Source: an uncultured SAR86 cluster bacterium (lineage in GTDB: Bacteria > Pseudomonadota > Gammaproteobacteria > Magnimaribacterales > D2472). From it: a stretch of DNA of 64,000 bases. Both the position numbers and the translations under genes were made by a program. Of this stretch, positions 62,288-64,000 are shown in pieces (the first letter of the stretch is position 1; each line of letters opens with the position of its first letter). A model generated the notes under the pieces. The model had not been told where the DNA came from and did not search any database. It saw only the letters and a list, made by a program, of their open reading frames with translations. The stretch spans positions 460,625 through 524,624 of the forward strand of contig CAJIYN010000001.1 in the NCBI GenBank assembly GCA_905181645.1, in the 5' to 3' direction.

Positions 62288-62728
62288 ATGGCAATTATTT
62301 CCTCTAAATCCTATTCAATCTTATCAAAAATGGGCATTTCTACATATCAAAGAAGAAAAAATTTAGGTCAAAATATGCTTAATGAGGTTATTTTACATAA
62401 AAGAGATAGTGTCTTAGTTATTCTTTCGACCCCCCTTAAAGATTACTCTAAAGAGGAACAAAGTTTATTCATGTCAATAATGAAGACGATAACATCTGAG
62501 AATCCATTGATAGAAGAATCATTAAATTCATATAACCCTTTAGAAAAAAATGGGCTAAGCTCATTAATTCTAGCCAAATCAACCTCAGTTAAAGGTATTA
62601 TTTCATTTGGTGTTGCAGTTGACCTTGCTGATAGTTTTATTCAAGCACCATGCCTAAAAACCATTATTGATAATCCAGCAGCTAAAAAACCTCTATGGGA
62701 AGATATTAAAAAAATATTTATTAACTAA
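62288..62728 (+). CDS. holD: DNA polymerase III psi subunit (tentative)
   Basis: 146-aa ORF immediately upstream of rimI (the E. coli holD-rimI arrangement). Weak resemblance at the N-terminus (LSKMGISTYQRR vs LQQLGITQWSLR) and C-terminus (NPAAKKPLWEDI vs NPTARAALWQQI). From memory, not searched. Confidence 0.5.
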   Translation: MAIISSKSYSILSKMGISTYQRRKNLGQNMLNEVILHKRDSVLVILSTPLKDYSKEEQSLFMSIMKTITSENPLIEESLNSYNPLEKNGLSSLILAKSTSVKGIISFGVAVDLADSFIQAPCLKTIIDNPAAKKPLWEDIKKIFIN

Positions 62729-62735
62729 AGTCTAT

Positions 62736-63170
62736 ATGCCTATTTCACTTATAAATACAGAGCATCTTGATGCAATTTATGAAATAGACTTAAAGACTAA
62801 TCCATCTCCATGGTCATTTGAGAATCTAAAATCCTCTATCGAGGTTGGTCATCAGGGACTAGTTTCTACTATCGATGATCAGGTAATTGGATTTGCAATG
62901 TTTTCAGCAATACCTCCTGAATGCCATATATTGAACATAGCTATTGATAAACAGTATCAAGGAATAGGTGAAGGAGCTTTGCTTCTTCAATATGTGCTTA
63001 AACAATCAAAAGCTATGAAAATTAAAACAATTTACCTAGAAGTAAGAATAAGCAATCACAAAGCAATTAATTTCTACGAGAGCTTTGGGTTTGCTAGAGA
63101 CGCAATTAGAGATAAGTATTATCCAGGCAACCCAAGAGAAGATGCGTTATTAATGTCTATCTCAATATAA
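62736..63170 (+). CDS. rimI: GNAT N-acetyltransferase, probable ribosomal-protein-S18 alanine acetyltransferase
   Basis: ATG 62736 (MPISLINTEHLDAIYEIDL...). GNAT motif A region IAIDKQYQGIGEGALLL, ...LEVRISNHKAINFYESFGF. Position follows holD. Confidence 0.75.
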   Translation: MPISLINTEHLDAIYEIDLKTNPSPWSFENLKSSIEVGHQGLVSTIDDQVIGFAMFSAIPPECHILNIAIDKQYQGIGEGALLLQYVLKQSKAMKIKTIYLEVRISNHKAINFYESFGFARDAIRDKYYPGNPREDALLMSISI

Positions 63171-63646
63171 TTAAATTATATCTTTTATAGCTACTTCAAT
63201 CGTCTCTGGAGTAGTTGTAGAACCAAATCTATTTATAATGGCGCCATCTTTACTTATTAAAAATTTAGTGAAATTCCACTTAATGCTGTCATTAAGTTTG
63301 CCTTTTAGTTCAGATTTTAAATATTTATATACTGGGTGAGCATTGGAGCCATTTACCTCGATTTTTTCGGATAAGGGGAAAGTAACACACTAAAATTATT
63401 ATCGCAGAAAGCAGCTATCTCTTCATTTGTTCCACTTTCCTGAGCTCCAAACTGATTACATGGAAATGCAAGAATTTCAAAATTTTGATCCTTATATTTT
63501 TCATAAAGCTCTTGAAGTCCTTTGTATTGTGGTGTAAGACCGCATTCGCTAGCCACATTAACAATTAATAAAACTTTATTTTTAAATTCCATATTTATAG
63601 TTTCCAGATTAATATCTTTAACTTCTACATCATAAATTGTTATCAT
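63171..63646 (-). CDS. gpx: Glutathione peroxidase (Cys type; one frame break)
   Basis: ORF 63353-63646 ([15 protein letters not shown]; [12 protein letters not shown]) and the shifted tail ...[22 protein letters not shown]...[14 protein letters not shown]. The span is 476 nt. Confidence 0.9.
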
Positions 63647-63793
63647 AATTTTTATTTATTTAAACTTGAACTATTTTATTTCATTAAGATTATGAATAAT
63701 AGTAAGAAATAATACTTATATTATAAAGTTGCATCTAATATCCAATATTTTCTTTTTATGTAAGTTAAAATAAATAAAAAAATTATAATATAA

Positions 63794-64000
63794 ATGGATA
63801 TTAAATTTAAATGGAAGACATTTAACGAGCTTACAAATAATGAGTTATATGAGCTCCTCCACCTTAGGCAAAAAGTCTTTATTGTTGAACAAAATTGTCC
63901 TTATATTGATTCAGATTATGCTGATCAAAAAGCTTTTCATCTATTAGCTCTTAAAGACAATAAGCTCATTGGTTACTTAAGAGCATTTAGCCCAGGAATA
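63794..64000 (+). CDS. ElaA-like GNAT acetyltransferase (3' end outside window)
   Basis: MDIKFKWKTFNELTNNELYELLHLRQKVFIVEQNCPYIDSDYADQKAFHLL matches the ElaA-family N-terminal pattern (L...ELY.LL.LR..VF.VEQ.CPY.D.D..D). Confidence 0.7.
   Translation, partial: MDIKFKWKTFNELTNNELYELLHLRQKVFIVEQNCPYIDSDYADQKAFHLLALKDNKLIGYLRAFSPGI

Overview
AT-rich segment (roughly one-third G+C by eye, not computed) of a gammaproteobacterial-type chromosome, made almost entirely of core housekeeping genes in classical order. Gene order: rpoB (3' part)-rpoC; then the str (rpsL-rpsG-fusA, no tuf), S10, spc and alpha ribosomal operons as one co-directional block of about 22 kb; convergent uvrA; ssb; a crotonase plus Old-Yellow-Enzyme pair; fabB-fabA-ispB (minus); rplU-rpmA-obg; rpsT; ssrA (tmRNA)-smpB; a small membrane protein plus a Na+ symporter; ratA-rnfH, bamE, fur; a sigma32-type promoter with grpE-dnaK-dnaJ-dapB; rpsB-tsf-pyrH-frr-uppS-cdsA-dxr-rseP-bamA-skp-lpxD-fabZ-lpxA-lpxB-rnhB-dnaE-accA-tilS; a second crotonase; leuA (minus); holD-rimI; gpx (minus); and an elaA-like GNAT gene running off the window. 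I saw no rRNA, tRNA, CRISPR, transposase/integrase, phage or defence-island content, and I did not find a convincing novel multi-gene system. The unusual part is the state of the sequence. (1) About 50 of about 85 genes, including rpoB, rpoC, secY, dnaE and many ribosomal proteins, are frame-broken by small indels, mostly in short homopolymers and often a surplus G. (2) At least six gene-internal patches of about 180-380 nt are unrelated gene fragments (priA-like, ABC ATPase, a secreted-protein N-terminus, a serine-hydrolase tail, an S1 domain, a PLD-like domain). They sit where native sequence of similar length is missing. (3) Short stretches in rpoC and rplB switch to GC-rich CGN-Arg codon usage. 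All three are best explained by sequencing, assembly or chimerism artefacts (for example an error-prone single-cell or metagenome assembly of a streamlined marine gammaproteobacterium, which is speculation) or by deliberate editing, not by biology. Candidate genuine biology is modest: a perfect 27-bp x7 tandem repeat giving a possible acidic PVEEVVAEA tail on ribosomal protein S2, a str operon without tuf, a tilS ORF ending after its PP-loop domain at a strong hairpin, and a clean sigma32 promoter. All coordinates and frame-break positions come from hand translation and should be treated as approximate to a few nucleotides.
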